NCBI GenBank assembly: GCA_944382715.1
Contig: CALWNC010000003.1
Span: 19,856 to 83,855 of the forward strand
Length of the DNA stretch: 64,000 nucleotides
Origin: an uncultured Clostridia bacterium
GTDB taxonomy: Bacteria > Bacillota > Clostridia > Christensenellales > UBA1242
Direction: 5' to 3'
Below the pieces are notes generated by a model. The model worked only from the letters and a program-made list of their open reading frames with translations, was not told the DNA's origin and made no database searches. The translations under genes were made by a program, and so were the position numbers. The stretch's first letter is position 1. Each line of letters opens with the position of its first letter. This document shows, piece by piece, positions 17,578 to 26,262 of the stretch.

Positions 17578-19308
17578 ATGGTCGAAAGAACTAAAAAGAC
17601 TGTCAGCAAAGCAAGTGCCAAAAATATTAGCATTGATGGAAGAGTTCTTCCAAATAATTTTGAAGCTGAGCAAGCTGTGCTTGGCTGTGCACTTATTGAT
17701 AGTGAGGCCACACTTTTAGTGGTTAGTAGACTCACTGAGATAGATTTTTATAATGAAACGCACAGAAATATTTTTATCGCAATTCGAGAGCTTTTTAAAA
17801 AGCCAGCTCCCGTCGACTTTCTTTCTGTCGCTGACGAACTTGAAAAAAAAGGACTTCTTTCTAGCATTGGTGGAATAACCTATCTTTCAACACTTTCAAA
17901 CTTAGTTCCGTCAGCTGCAAGTTGCTCACACTACATTGATATTTTGAAGAGAAATTCAATTTTAAGACAGTTAATTCAAATTAGTGGCAATATCGTTGAG
18001 CGTGCCTATGACAAAGATGCCGATATCAACCTTGTTGGTGTTGCAGAGCAGTTAATTTATGAAATTGCAGAAAAGGGACAAAGTGGTGCACTTGAAAAAA
18101 TTGATACTTCGGTTCAGTCAGTAATTGATAATTTTGAAGAAATCCACAGAGAAGGTGGGAGCGTTCATGGACTTAGAACGGGCTTTTATCAAATTGACAA
18201 GGCAACTAATGGACTTCAAAAAACCGACCTTATAATACTAGCAGCAAGACCGGGTGTTGGTAAAACTTCTCTTGCCATGAATATTGCTTCAAATGCTGCC
18301 ATTTATTCTCACGCAAAGTGTGCTATATTTTCACTTGAAATGGGTAGAGAGCAACTTGCTAGAAGAATGCTCTGTTCGGTTGCAAATGTTTCAATGGCAA
18401 AAGGCTTGCGAGGTGAGCTTGATGCAAGCGACTGGGAAAAAATTTGGAAGGCAAAGAAAAAACTTGACGAGGCTGAGATTTACATAGACGACAATGCAAT
18501 GAATACGCCTTCACAAATCCTTTCAAAGTGTAGGAAACTCAAAAGAGAAAAGGGTCTTGACCTTGTAGTAATTGACTATATTGGTCTTATGAAATCAGAC
18601 GAAAAGACGGACAATCGTCAAAATGAAGTTGCAAGCATTTCAAGACAACTTAAAATACTTGCAAAGGACATAGAAGTTCCAGTAATTACTCTTTGTCAGC
18701 TCAATCGTTCAATAGAGCAGGCAGAAAATAACAAAGACGGAAAGCCAAGAAAACCAGTTCTTTCTGACCTTCGTGAATCAGGTTCTATTGAGCAGGACGC
18801 AGATATGGTTTGGTTTATTCATAGAGATATGACCCGAAATGAGATTGATAAAGAGCCTAATCAAAACTACACAGCTGAGCTTATCATTGCTAAATTTAGA
18901 AACGGACAACCGGGTAGTGTTTATCTTGGCTGGGACGGTTCAAGGACAAGTTTTGTTAATCTTGAAAAAGATGCCAATGAGCAGAGCATAGTAAATGCTT
19001 ATGAGAGCAATAATTTAGGTAGGAAAAAGTCAACCGAATCTATTGACGATATCAAAAGTAAACTCAGTTCAATTGTTAATGAAATAACAACAAATGGCGT
19101 GAAAATGGACGAAAATGATGGGGGAATTAATGAAAGTGAAGTAAGCCAAATTTTTGAAGAGAGTTTCTCCGAATTGTCAAATTTAACTCCACCACCAGAA
19201 ACCGATGATAATGATTTGAAAGATAGCGAACCTTTAAATGACGATGATGGCTTAAAACTGAAAGACTTTAGTGACGTGAACATTTCTACTGACGATGACT
19301 TATTTTAA
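17578..19308 (+). CDS. dnaB: Replicative DNA helicase with a ~115-aa acidic C-terminal extension
   Basis: 'NNFEAEQAVLGCALID', Walker A 'ARPGVGKTSLAMNIA', 'QLNRSIEQ' and 'LRESGSIEQDADMV'. SD AAGGAG lies upstream. Confidence 0.95.
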   Translation: MVERTKKTVSKASAKNISIDGRVLPNNFEAEQAVLGCALIDSEATLLVVSRLTEIDFYNETHRNIFIAIRELFKKPAPVDFLSVADELEKKGLLSSIGGITYLSTLSNLVPSAASCSHYIDILKRNSILRQLIQISGNIVERAYDKDADINLVGVAEQLIYEIAEKGQSGALEKIDTSVQSVIDNFEEIHREGGSVHGLRTGFYQIDKATNGLQKTDLIILAARPGVGKTSLAMNIASNAAIYSHAKCAIFSLEMGREQLARRMLCSVANVSMAKGLRGELDASDWEKIWKAKKKLDEAEIYIDDNAMNTPSQILSKCRKLKREKGLDLVVIDYIGLMKSDEKTDNRQNEVASISRQLKILAKDIEVPVITLCQLNRSIEQAENNKDGKPRKPVLSDLRESGSIEQDADMVWFIHRDMTRNEIDKEPNQNYTAELIIAKFRNGQPGSVYLGWDGSRTSFVNLEKDANEQSIVNAYESNNLGRKKSTESIDDIKSKLSSIVNEITTNGVKMDENDGGINESEVSQIFEESFSELSNLTPPPETDDNDLKDSEPLNDDDGLKLKDFSDVNISTDDDLF

Positions 19309-19413
19309 TTGAAAAATAAAAAAAGTTTTGAAATTTTGAAACTGTAATGGTAAAATATATACATAAAAAGTCTTATTTGAAAAGGCAATAATTTTTAAAT
19401 TGGGAGAAAATCA

Positions 19414-19641
19414 CATGAATCATCAATGGTATAACTTAAAAGAGTTTGGTGACAAAGAAAAAGAATTTTAGATGCAGTTAATGCAGTTGTAACTGAAGAA
19501 GAAAAAATTTATGGTTATAATGGAAATTTTGAAGAGAGAATGGCTAGACTTGAAAATGCTTACAATTCTTTTGTAAAGTATTGCAAAGAAGGTGTGGCAA
19601 AAGATAATGCTAAGTTTTCACAAGGCGAAAGAGAAATGTAA
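19414..19641 (+). pseudogene. Small (~75-codon) gene apparently split by a frameshift in an A-rich run
   Basis: SD GGGAGAA plus the ATG at 19414 give 18 codons, then TAG at 19468. The overlapping frame is open from 19452 ('...RILDAVNAVVTEEEKIYGYNGNFEERMARLENAYNSFVKYCKEG...') but has no start codon. I could not fix the exact 3' end by eye; it lies at or just before the terminator. Confidence 0.35.
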
Positions 19642-19659
19642 TTTTAGTTTACAAAAAAA

Positions 19660-19690
19660 GTGCATAGGTTTTGTTCCTATGCACTTTTTT
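19660..19690 (+). terminator. Rho-independent terminator
   Basis: Perfect 9-bp stem GTGCATAGG / CCTATGCAC, 7-nt loop, T6 run. Confidence 0.7.
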
Positions 19691-19923
19691 GTTATTTTAT
19701 AAATTAATGAAACATAAAGTATTTTAAAGATAATCTTTAAATATAGTAAATGTATAATGGATTAAAAATACAATAAGCACTAAAATAAAACAATTAATGT
19801 CAAAATCTCATAATATTAGACAAAATATTACAATTTATTGATTGTATCTATAAGAAAAAAAAATAAAAGCTGAAAAAATCATACAATAAAGAAATTCATA
19901 CGAAAATAGATAAAAACTTACGG

Positions 19924-19958
19924 TAACAAATAAAATTTACTTCTAACAAATAAAATTT
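19924..19958. repeat. Direct 15-nt repeat TAACAAATAAAATTT x2 (20-nt period) in a long intergenic region
   Basis: Exact copies at 19924-19938 and 19944-19958. Confidence 0.7.
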
Positions 19959-20178
19959 TACAATATTCGACAAAAATATAAAAATTTAGTAAAATTTTTA
20001 ATAATATTCGGACCTTACTTTGCGTAATTTTAATTGTCTTAAAATTTTTGTGAAATTATATTAAATTTTTTACTATAAAAATTTTAAAATTAGTTTTTGA
20101 TTTTAAATTATAGTTTGACAATGCATACAATAATTGTTATACTATAAACAAAAAGATATATAATGTGCGAGGTGTAAA

Positions 20179-21810
20179 ATGTCAAAAAGATTTGTAGCTA
20201 CATTTTTTCTAGTCCTAGCATGTATTTTAATTGTTTGCTTTATATATGTCTTGCTACTATTCTTGCTTCCGGGGGTTTCAATGTTTGGTCTTAAATACAT
20301 TGGACTTGGGACTCATCACAAGACGACGGGCAAGGTCATTTTGTCTGAACAATTAAATTCAGAGGGCGATAAGGTTGGAGTGTTTTCTGGAATAATTCTC
20401 AATAACTATGAAGTTCCCGTTAATGTTATTTTTTCAGAGGATTACACTTATTATTTTGAATATGAAGATAATTACAATGGAATTACCAATTCAAAAATTA
20501 CAGACCCAGAGTTAAGTTTTTCTAAAGATGAAATGGGAAATATTGTTATTGATGTAAATGAATATCACACCTTTCTTTATGAAACTGCAACTTCTACAAG
20601 ATATATCAATATTTATATCCCAATTCAAACTGTTGGACAAACTGACAAGTACGCTTTAAACCTTACAATAAATTCAAATAAGTCGCCTGTGACTTTTAAA
20701 ATGGAAACTTCAGGTTACTTGACTCCTGCAACTTTTAATAATTTAACAATAAATTCAAACGGAAAGATAAATTACGAATACAATGTTGAAGCAGTAAATT
20801 ATAGTTATAAGACATCAAGCTCAATTGAAATTGATGAAGAAAAAGATGTTACTATTAAGGCGACCAACTATGAACTAAACAGTACTGATGGAAAAATTGT
20901 GGTTAAAACACCAGTTAGTGGAGATTTAACTTGCGCAACAAAACTTGGAAGAGTACTTCTCATTTCTTGTAGAAACTTAACGGCAACAACTTCTTTTGGT
21001 GATGTTGGGTATGCTGGGAGTGATGACGGCAGTGTTACGGTAAGTGGGGTTGTAAACATTACAACTCGTGCAGGTAATGTAACACTCGGCAATGTAAATG
21101 GTCAATCAAGAACAAACTCAATTACCACATCATCTGGAAATATAACAATCAATATTATTTTTGATGGAACTATTTCAACTCAAAGAGGCCAAGTTAATAT
21201 CAATTCAGTAAGAGATTTTGAAGTAACTTCAACCACGGGCAAAATTACTATTCAAGAAGTTAAACAAGAAATTACTGCAAGGTCTACTAGGGGTAAAATT
21301 ACACTGGGCGGCGAAAATATGCTCGTGTCTAATGTTGATGTATATTCTACGCTTGGAAAAGTTACAGTTACCAGTGCTACTGGAAATGTTAATATTGAAA
21401 CAATTTCTGCAGATGTAGAATTTACAAACACAGACAGCAAAAATATTGCCATTAATTGTGGTGGAAAGCTTTCTGCAACAGACCTTCGTGGGAATGTGAA
21501 TGTTTATGTTGGTGAAGCCATAGAGTATATGTCATTTGCAAGCGTCAAAGAAGGCAACACAGAAATTGTTCTTGGCAGTGAGTGCAGAGAGGCTTATGTA
21601 TATATTAGTGCAACTGAGCTTTCAGAAGTTAGTTACTATGTTCAAGGTAGCACTATTGAAATTCAAGAATACAAAAATGCTGAATGGCAACAAACTGGTG
21701 GAAATCATCAAGATGTTTATCAATCAAACACCTCACTTAGTCCATACAGTTTCACTATTGACAGCGACAATGCAGTTATAGTTTTAAGATTTACACTTTC
21801 AACTTACTAG
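20179..21810 (+). CDS. Membrane-anchored beta-helix repeat protein (DUF4097 / 'putative adhesin'-like)
   Basis: N-terminal TM segment 'FVATFFLVLACILIVCFIYVLLLFLL'. The C-terminal half carries many repeats of [ST]xxG[KN][IV]T[IVL] ('TTGKITIQ', 'TRGKITLG', 'TLGKVTVT', 'ATGNVNIE', 'SSGNITIN'). Confidence 0.6.
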   Translation: MSKRFVATFFLVLACILIVCFIYVLLLFLLPGVSMFGLKYIGLGTHHKTTGKVILSEQLNSEGDKVGVFSGIILNNYEVPVNVIFSEDYTYYFEYEDNYNGITNSKITDPELSFSKDEMGNIVIDVNEYHTFLYETATSTRYINIYIPIQTVGQTDKYALNLTINSNKSPVTFKMETSGYLTPATFNNLTINSNGKINYEYNVEAVNYSYKTSSSIEIDEEKDVTIKATNYELNSTDGKIVVKTPVSGDLTCATKLGRVLLISCRNLTATTSFGDVGYAGSDDGSVTVSGVVNITTRAGNVTLGNVNGQSRTNSITTSSGNITINIIFDGTISTQRGQVNINSVRDFEVTSTTGKITIQEVKQEITARSTRGKITLGGENMLVSNVDVYSTLGKVTVTSATGNVNIETISADVEFTNTDSKNIAINCGGKLSATDLRGNVNVYVGEAIEYMSFASVKEGNTEIVLGSECREAYVYISATELSEVSYYVQGSTIEIQEYKNAEWQQTGGNHQDVYQSNTSLSPYSFTIDSDNAVIVLRFTLSTY

Positions 21811-21940
21811 ATTGCACCATAATTAAAAAAATATGTCAATTTTTGATAAAATGTTAAATTTTGGAATTAATTTAGGGGATATATCATAATTTTTAATTAT
21901 AATATATCCTTTTTTTTGTAAAAAATATTTTTAAAGGGTA

Positions 21941-21969
21941 TTTACAAACTGGTTTTTTTATGATAATAT
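21941..21969 (+). promoter_or_regulatory. Promoter candidate upstream of the HicB-like operon
   Basis: TTTACA (21941-21946), 17-nt spacer, TAATAT (21964-21969) with a TGn extended -10. Confidence 0.35.
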
Positions 21970-22090
21970 CTACTTACAATAATTTATACATTTTGTATGC
22001 AATTAAAAAAAATTTAATAAATTATTGGACATTTAAGTTTGTAGGTAGTAAAATCATAATATACCGTATTTTAAATTTTGTGAGGGCGAA

Positions 22091-22429
22091 ATGAAAAGAT
22101 ATATTTATCCAATGGTTTTATTTACAGACGAAAATGATTTATACACTGCTTTGTATCCTGACTTAAATCTTCTTGTATCTGGTTCAACCATTGAAGATGT
22201 TTATTCAAGGGCAAATGATTATTTGGAGTTTTACATTGTTTCATCGCTCAAATTTGGTACTCCAATTGCAAATATGTCAACCTTTGCAGAAATTCAAGCC
22301 TTAAATCCAAAAAAGATAGTGCTTCTTGGTTCAGCTCAAGTTGACGAAGAAGAGATTGTACTTACAAGACAGGAACAAGTAGAAAAGAATTTCTTGAATG
22401 AATTTTTATTCACGGAGGGAAATAGGTAA
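22091..22429 (+). CDS. HicB-like (antitoxin-fold) domain protein, 112 aa
   Basis: 'YIYPMVLFTDENDLYTALYPDLNLLVSGSTIEDVYSRANDYLEFYI' follows the pattern Y-P-x-x-[FL]...Y...[FY]PDL....G.T.E[DE] that I recall for the HicB N-terminal domain. SD GAGGG lies upstream. Confidence 0.5.
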   Translation: MKRYIYPMVLFTDENDLYTALYPDLNLLVSGSTIEDVYSRANDYLEFYIVSSLKFGTPIANMSTFAEIQALNPKKIVLLGSAQVDEEEIVLTRQEQVEKNFLNEFLFTEGNR

Positions 22430-22431
22430 TT

Positions 22432-22731
22432 ATGGACGAAAGAAACGAAAATTTTCAAGGTGATTCAATTGACGCTGACCAATTTTTCGGTCAAGTTCCA
22501 AAACCATTAGAACTTGCGTTTGTTGGTGCTTGTCTTGGTGCTCCTATTCAATATAAAAAAGAGAAGGCTACTGGGCTTGACCAAATCTGTATGCTTGTAC
22601 CAACAAAGTCTGGATTTCAACCTATAATGGTTACCTTTGGGAAAGAAGACAGTGTTGGTAATGGTGCTTATGAGGCAGTTTACCATCAACTTGGACTTGA
22701 AAAGATATTGAATTTAACAAAAAGGAGATAA
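22432..22731 (+). CDS. Hypothetical protein (99 aa), translationally coupled
   Basis: The ATG lies 2 nt after the upstream TAA, and a GGAGGG SD sits inside the upstream gene. No recognised motif. Confidence 0.6.
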   Translation: MDERNENFQGDSIDADQFFGQVPKPLELAFVGACLGAPIQYKKEKATGLDQICMLVPTKSGFQPIMVTFGKEDSVGNGAYEAVYHQLGLEKILNLTKRR

Positions 22732-22733
22732 TT

Positions 22734-23018
22734 ATGGTAAATATAGTTGACAGGGAGTGTGTTGACGCACTTGCAGAAAAATTTTATAGGAATGCAGGCT
22801 TTGGACTTGGAAAGGGTAATGGTTATGAGCAGACTATCTTACAGCCAAGACTTGAAGAGTTGGAAGAAAAAGTAAAAGATACTTATCCTGAATATTATAG
22901 TGCTTATGCAAATGTAAAAGAGGCCTTTATTACAAGATTTAGAGCGCTTTACTCTGAAGAAAAGAAAACTGCTGGTGGTAGCACCAAAGAAAATAGTGCT
23001 GCTGTTCAAGCAAAATAA
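22734..23018 (+). CDS. Hypothetical protein (94 aa), translationally coupled
   Basis: The ATG lies 2 nt after the upstream TAA. SD AAGGAGA. No recognised motif. Confidence 0.6.
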   Translation: MVNIVDRECVDALAEKFYRNAGFGLGKGNGYEQTILQPRLEELEEKVKDTYPEYYSAYANVKEAFITRFRALYSEEKKTAGGSTKENSAAVQAK

Positions 23019-23110
23019 TATTTTATTTTGTTTTTATAGTTTTTAATGCCCCGAAAATTTATCTCGCTTTCTACTATATAATTTAAGATTAATTTTATTG
23101 GAGAAAAAAA

Positions 23111-23659
23111 GTGGCTATTGATTTGCACAAACTCGCACTTTCAGTTGGCTTTGAAGTGGTTTGCGTTGATGACGATTACACAAACTATGAATATATGGTC
23201 AGAATAAGGGATAATGAAAGTATCTCTTATGTTTTAAACCTTAAAAATGAACCTGAATTTTCTGAGGTTGACGATATTATTGGCTCTATTATCATAATGC
23301 TTCCTAAAAAACTTAGGCGAAAAGTTAAAAAGCTTATGCGTAAAAAGGACGAGAACAATATTGATAATATAATTGATTTACTCTGCTTTACTATCACTCA
23401 GTACAAAAGTAAAACAAAGTACAGTATGCTCAAAGAATATGGTGACCTTATTGGCATAAATATTGAAGATTATGGTTATTATTTTACTTACAAAATGCCA
23501 AAAAAGAAATATATTTCTATACTTGCACTCATTGAAAGCAAGCTTGCAATTGAAGATGCTCCTATAGTTGGAAAAATTAAAAAGCTAGAATATAAGATTG
23601 GATATGTTAAGCAGAATAATAGGCGTTTAGAAATTTTAGATAGTCAAAAGACTGCGTAA
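23111..23659 (+). CDS. Hypothetical protein (182 aa)
   Basis: GTG start behind GGAGA. Protein-like composition. Followed by two hairpins (23653-23670 and 23701-23725). Confidence 0.55.
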   Translation: MAIDLHKLALSVGFEVVCVDDDYTNYEYMVRIRDNESISYVLNLKNEPEFSEVDDIIGSIIIMLPKKLRRKVKKLMRKKDENNIDNIIDLLCFTITQYKSKTKYSMLKEYGDLIGINIEDYGYYFTYKMPKKKYISILALIESKLAIEDAPIVGKIKKLEYKIGYVKQNNRRLEILDSQKTA

Positions 23660-23700
23660 ATATTTACGCAAAATTTTTGCAAAATAATCTTAGACAAAAA

Positions 23701-23725
23701 ATCAATCACTTTGATTGATTTTTTC
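23701..23725 (+). terminator. Rho-independent terminator
   Basis: ATCAATCA / TGATTGAT stem, 3-nt loop, T6 run, preceded by an A-run. Confidence 0.55.
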
Positions 23726-23770
23726 TTTTTGTTTGGTTAAACTAATTTTAATAAATAATAGGGGCAAGTT

Positions 23771-24388
23771 ATGGGGGATATTAGAGAGTTTTACAATAAA
23801 ACTGCAATTTCTTGGTCTTGGGAGTGGCTTAAAGATAAAAGGCAATCAAATGTGTGTCAAACTTTTTATAGTATGTTTTCAAATGCTGGCACGCTTTCGC
23901 CAAAAATTTTAGATGTTGGTTGTGGGTTAGGTTATGATAGTTATCTTTTAAGTGAACTGGGTGCAAGTGTAATTGGTGTTGATTTTAGCGAAAAATCTAT
24001 TGAAATTGCAAGGCAAAATGTACAAAATTGCGATTTTTTTGTTTCGGATATTACAATGCCACTTGATAATCTAGGTCAGTTTGACGGGATTTTATGTCTT
24101 GGTGTGATAGATTATGTGGACATTATGAAACTGGGAGAAACCTTTCAAAATTTCTGTGGTATTATGAAAAAAGGTGCACTTTTATTAGTATCAGTTCTCG
24201 ACGGAATTGGTAAAAATGAACAGAAGAGTAATTTTAACATTGATGGAGAATCTTATGACTTAAATTTTTATTGCTATGACATAGAACAAATTTGTGCTGT
24301 ATCATTTCCAAAACTAAAACTTGTTGACAGTTTATACTTTGATGATTACCGCGATGGTTGGAGATATTATGTTTTTTTGAAAGTGTAA
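23771..24388 (+). CDS. Class I SAM-dependent methyltransferase
   Basis: Motif I 'ILDVGCGLGYDS' and motif II-like 'VIGVDFSEKSIEIAR' / 'FDGILCLGV'. Confidence 0.8.
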   Translation: MGDIREFYNKTAISWSWEWLKDKRQSNVCQTFYSMFSNAGTLSPKILDVGCGLGYDSYLLSELGASVIGVDFSEKSIEIARQNVQNCDFFVSDITMPLDNLGQFDGILCLGVIDYVDIMKLGETFQNFCGIMKKGALLLVSVLDGIGKNEQKSNFNIDGESYDLNFYCYDIEQICAVSFPKLKLVDSLYFDDYRDGWRYYVFLKV

Positions 24389-24647
24389 AACAATACACCT
24401 TATTTGAAATTCAAACATTATTTTTTACAAATAAAAGGGAAATATTCATTCTTTTATTTGAAGTAATATGATATTTTTTATTTTTGAATATTACAGTAAT
24501 TTTACTCATTTACAAAGTTTTTATTTGAATTTAAAATTTGTGAATTTTTTAATTTAGTAGATGAACTTTTGATTACTAAATCTATTAATTAATATTTTGA
24601 GAAGCAATCTATTAATTTTAATTTTTGACTTTTCATTTTTTGAAATA

Positions 24648-24676
24648 TTGACATTGTTATGGCAATTGGATATAAT
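24648..24676 (+). promoter_or_regulatory. Consensus sigma-A promoter
   Basis: Perfect TTGACA (24648-24653), 17-nt spacer, perfect TATAAT (24671-24676). It lies inside the 5' end of the tracked ORF, so the real start is downstream. Confidence 0.6.
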
Positions 24677-24712
24677 ATAACCAAAGGAAATATTTTTGTA
24701 AGGAGAAATGGT

Positions 24713-25417
24713 ATGGAATTAGAAAAAATTGAATATACCGAAGCAGATGTAAAGAAAATGGCAGTTAATGCTTATCAAATGAGAGAACTTTGCAGAGCAA
24801 AAGATGTAATGGCTTTTAATAGTGTTTACAATAATTGCTCAGATCTTGAAAAAGTTAGTCCAGAATGTTCTAGAGAACTTAAAGAAAAGGCAAAAAAACA
24901 ACAATTAAAATATGCACAAACAAAAGACCCTAATTGTTTTGCTCAATTAATTAGCGATATTGAAGAACTTTATGGTCGTGCATTTAAACTTATGATTGAA
25001 AACTTAAAGTCAGCAAGCAAATCTTCTGCATCAAAGTCTGAGCATAGAGTTTCTTCGCCAGTTCGTGAAGCAAGTTATGGTGTTTTAGAAAATTCAAGTT
25101 ATGGCAGAGAAACTTTAAATTCAACCGATAAAATTGCAACTCAGCCAGAAAAAGTTGAAAAACAAGAAGCACGAGAAAAGAAAAAAGGTCTTTTTGACAG
25201 AAGTAAACCAAAAAGTAGTGTAGAAAAAGTTTCACTTTCAGAGCTACAAGAGGTTCAAAGTGAACTTGATAATGCAAACACAAATAGTATGACAGAAAGT
25301 GAAAAAGAAAAGATGGAAGCTTACAACAAAAGTATTGAGGCAAGAGTTAAGGAAAAACAAAGTTCTTCAAGTATGTCATCTTTAATGACAATGGGTAGAC
25401 AAAGGTCTAAAAACTAA
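24713..25417 (+). CDS. Hypothetical K/E/S-rich protein (234 aa)
   Basis: The ATG at 24713 lies 7 nt after AGGAG (24701-24705) and downstream of the consensus promoter. No recognised motif. Confidence 0.55.
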   Translation: MELEKIEYTEADVKKMAVNAYQMRELCRAKDVMAFNSVYNNCSDLEKVSPECSRELKEKAKKQQLKYAQTKDPNCFAQLISDIEELYGRAFKLMIENLKSASKSSASKSEHRVSSPVREASYGVLENSSYGRETLNSTDKIATQPEKVEKQEAREKKKGLFDRSKPKSSVEKVSLSELQEVQSELDNANTNSMTESEKEKMEAYNKSIEARVKEKQSSSSMSSLMTMGRQRSKN

Positions 25418-25460
25418 TTTTTGTTTTGTTAAATAGTTTAAACTATATAAACACAATGAA

Positions 25461-25489
25461 AGCACTCTATTTTAAGAGTGCTTTTTTTG
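25461..25489 (+). terminator. Rho-independent terminator
   Basis: AGCACTCT / AGAGTGCT stem, 6-nt loop, T7 run. Confidence 0.65.
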
Positions 25490-25689
25490 TAAAAATTTGT
25501 CTTGAAGATTACGAAGGAATAATTTTAATGAAAATAAAAACAATTAAATTTTTATTTGAAAATAGACACAAATAGCCACAATTTATTAATAAGTATTTAT
25601 AAATCTTTCATTAATCTAATTTTTCGCCACTATCTGTAGTTCATTTTATAAATTTTTAGTTTTTTTTAGAAAAATTATCATTATTTTTA

Positions 25690-25718
25690 TTGACTTTACA
25701 CTCAGTTTAGGATAGAAT
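25690..25718 (+). promoter_or_regulatory. Promoter candidate for the str operon
   Basis: TTGACT (25690-25695), 17-nt spacer, TAGAAT (25713-25718). It leaves a ~130-nt structured leader before rpsL. Confidence 0.5.
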
Positions 25719-25855
25719 AATAGGGCATATGAATTTATGTTTGACATTATGTCTTTTTTTTATGTCGGTGCGTAAAGAAAGGAAACGAATGTTCAAGAAT
25801 TTCCTCGTTTGGGTTTCAGAGAAAATTCACCAAATTTACACAGGAGGTAAAATTA

Positions 25856-26233
25856 ATGCCAACCATTAACCAAATTATCCGTCATGGTAAAGGTAGAGAA
25901 AAACAAGTTAGCAAAGCTAAATGCCCTGCACTTGATCGTTGCCCACAAAAGCGTGGTGTTTGTTTGAATGTTACAACAACTTCTCCTAAAAAGCCAAACT
26001 CTGCTATGAGAAAAATTGCCAGAGTTAGACTTACTAATAGACAAGAAGGTACCGTTTACATTCCAGGTGAAGGACACAACTTACAAGAGCACTCAGTTGT
26101 TCTCATTCGTGGTGGCCGTGTTAAGGATTTGCCAGGTGTTCGTTATCACATTATTCGTGGCGTTCTTGATACAGCAGGTGTACAAAACCGTAAGCAAGCT
26201 AGAAGTAAATACGGTGCTAAGAAATCTAAATAA
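25856..26233 (+). CDS. rpsL: 30S ribosomal protein S12
   Basis: '[11 protein letters not shown]...[10 protein letters not shown]...[23 protein letters not shown]'. Confidence 0.97.
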   Translation: MPTINQIIRHGKGREKQVSKAKCPALDRCPQKRGVCLNVTTTSPKKPNSAMRKIARVRLTNRQEGTVYIPGEGHNLQEHSVVLIRGGRVKDLPGVRYHIIRGVLDTAGVQNRKQARSKYGAKKSK

Positions 26234-26262
26234 TTAATTACAAATTTATAGGAGGAAATTTT

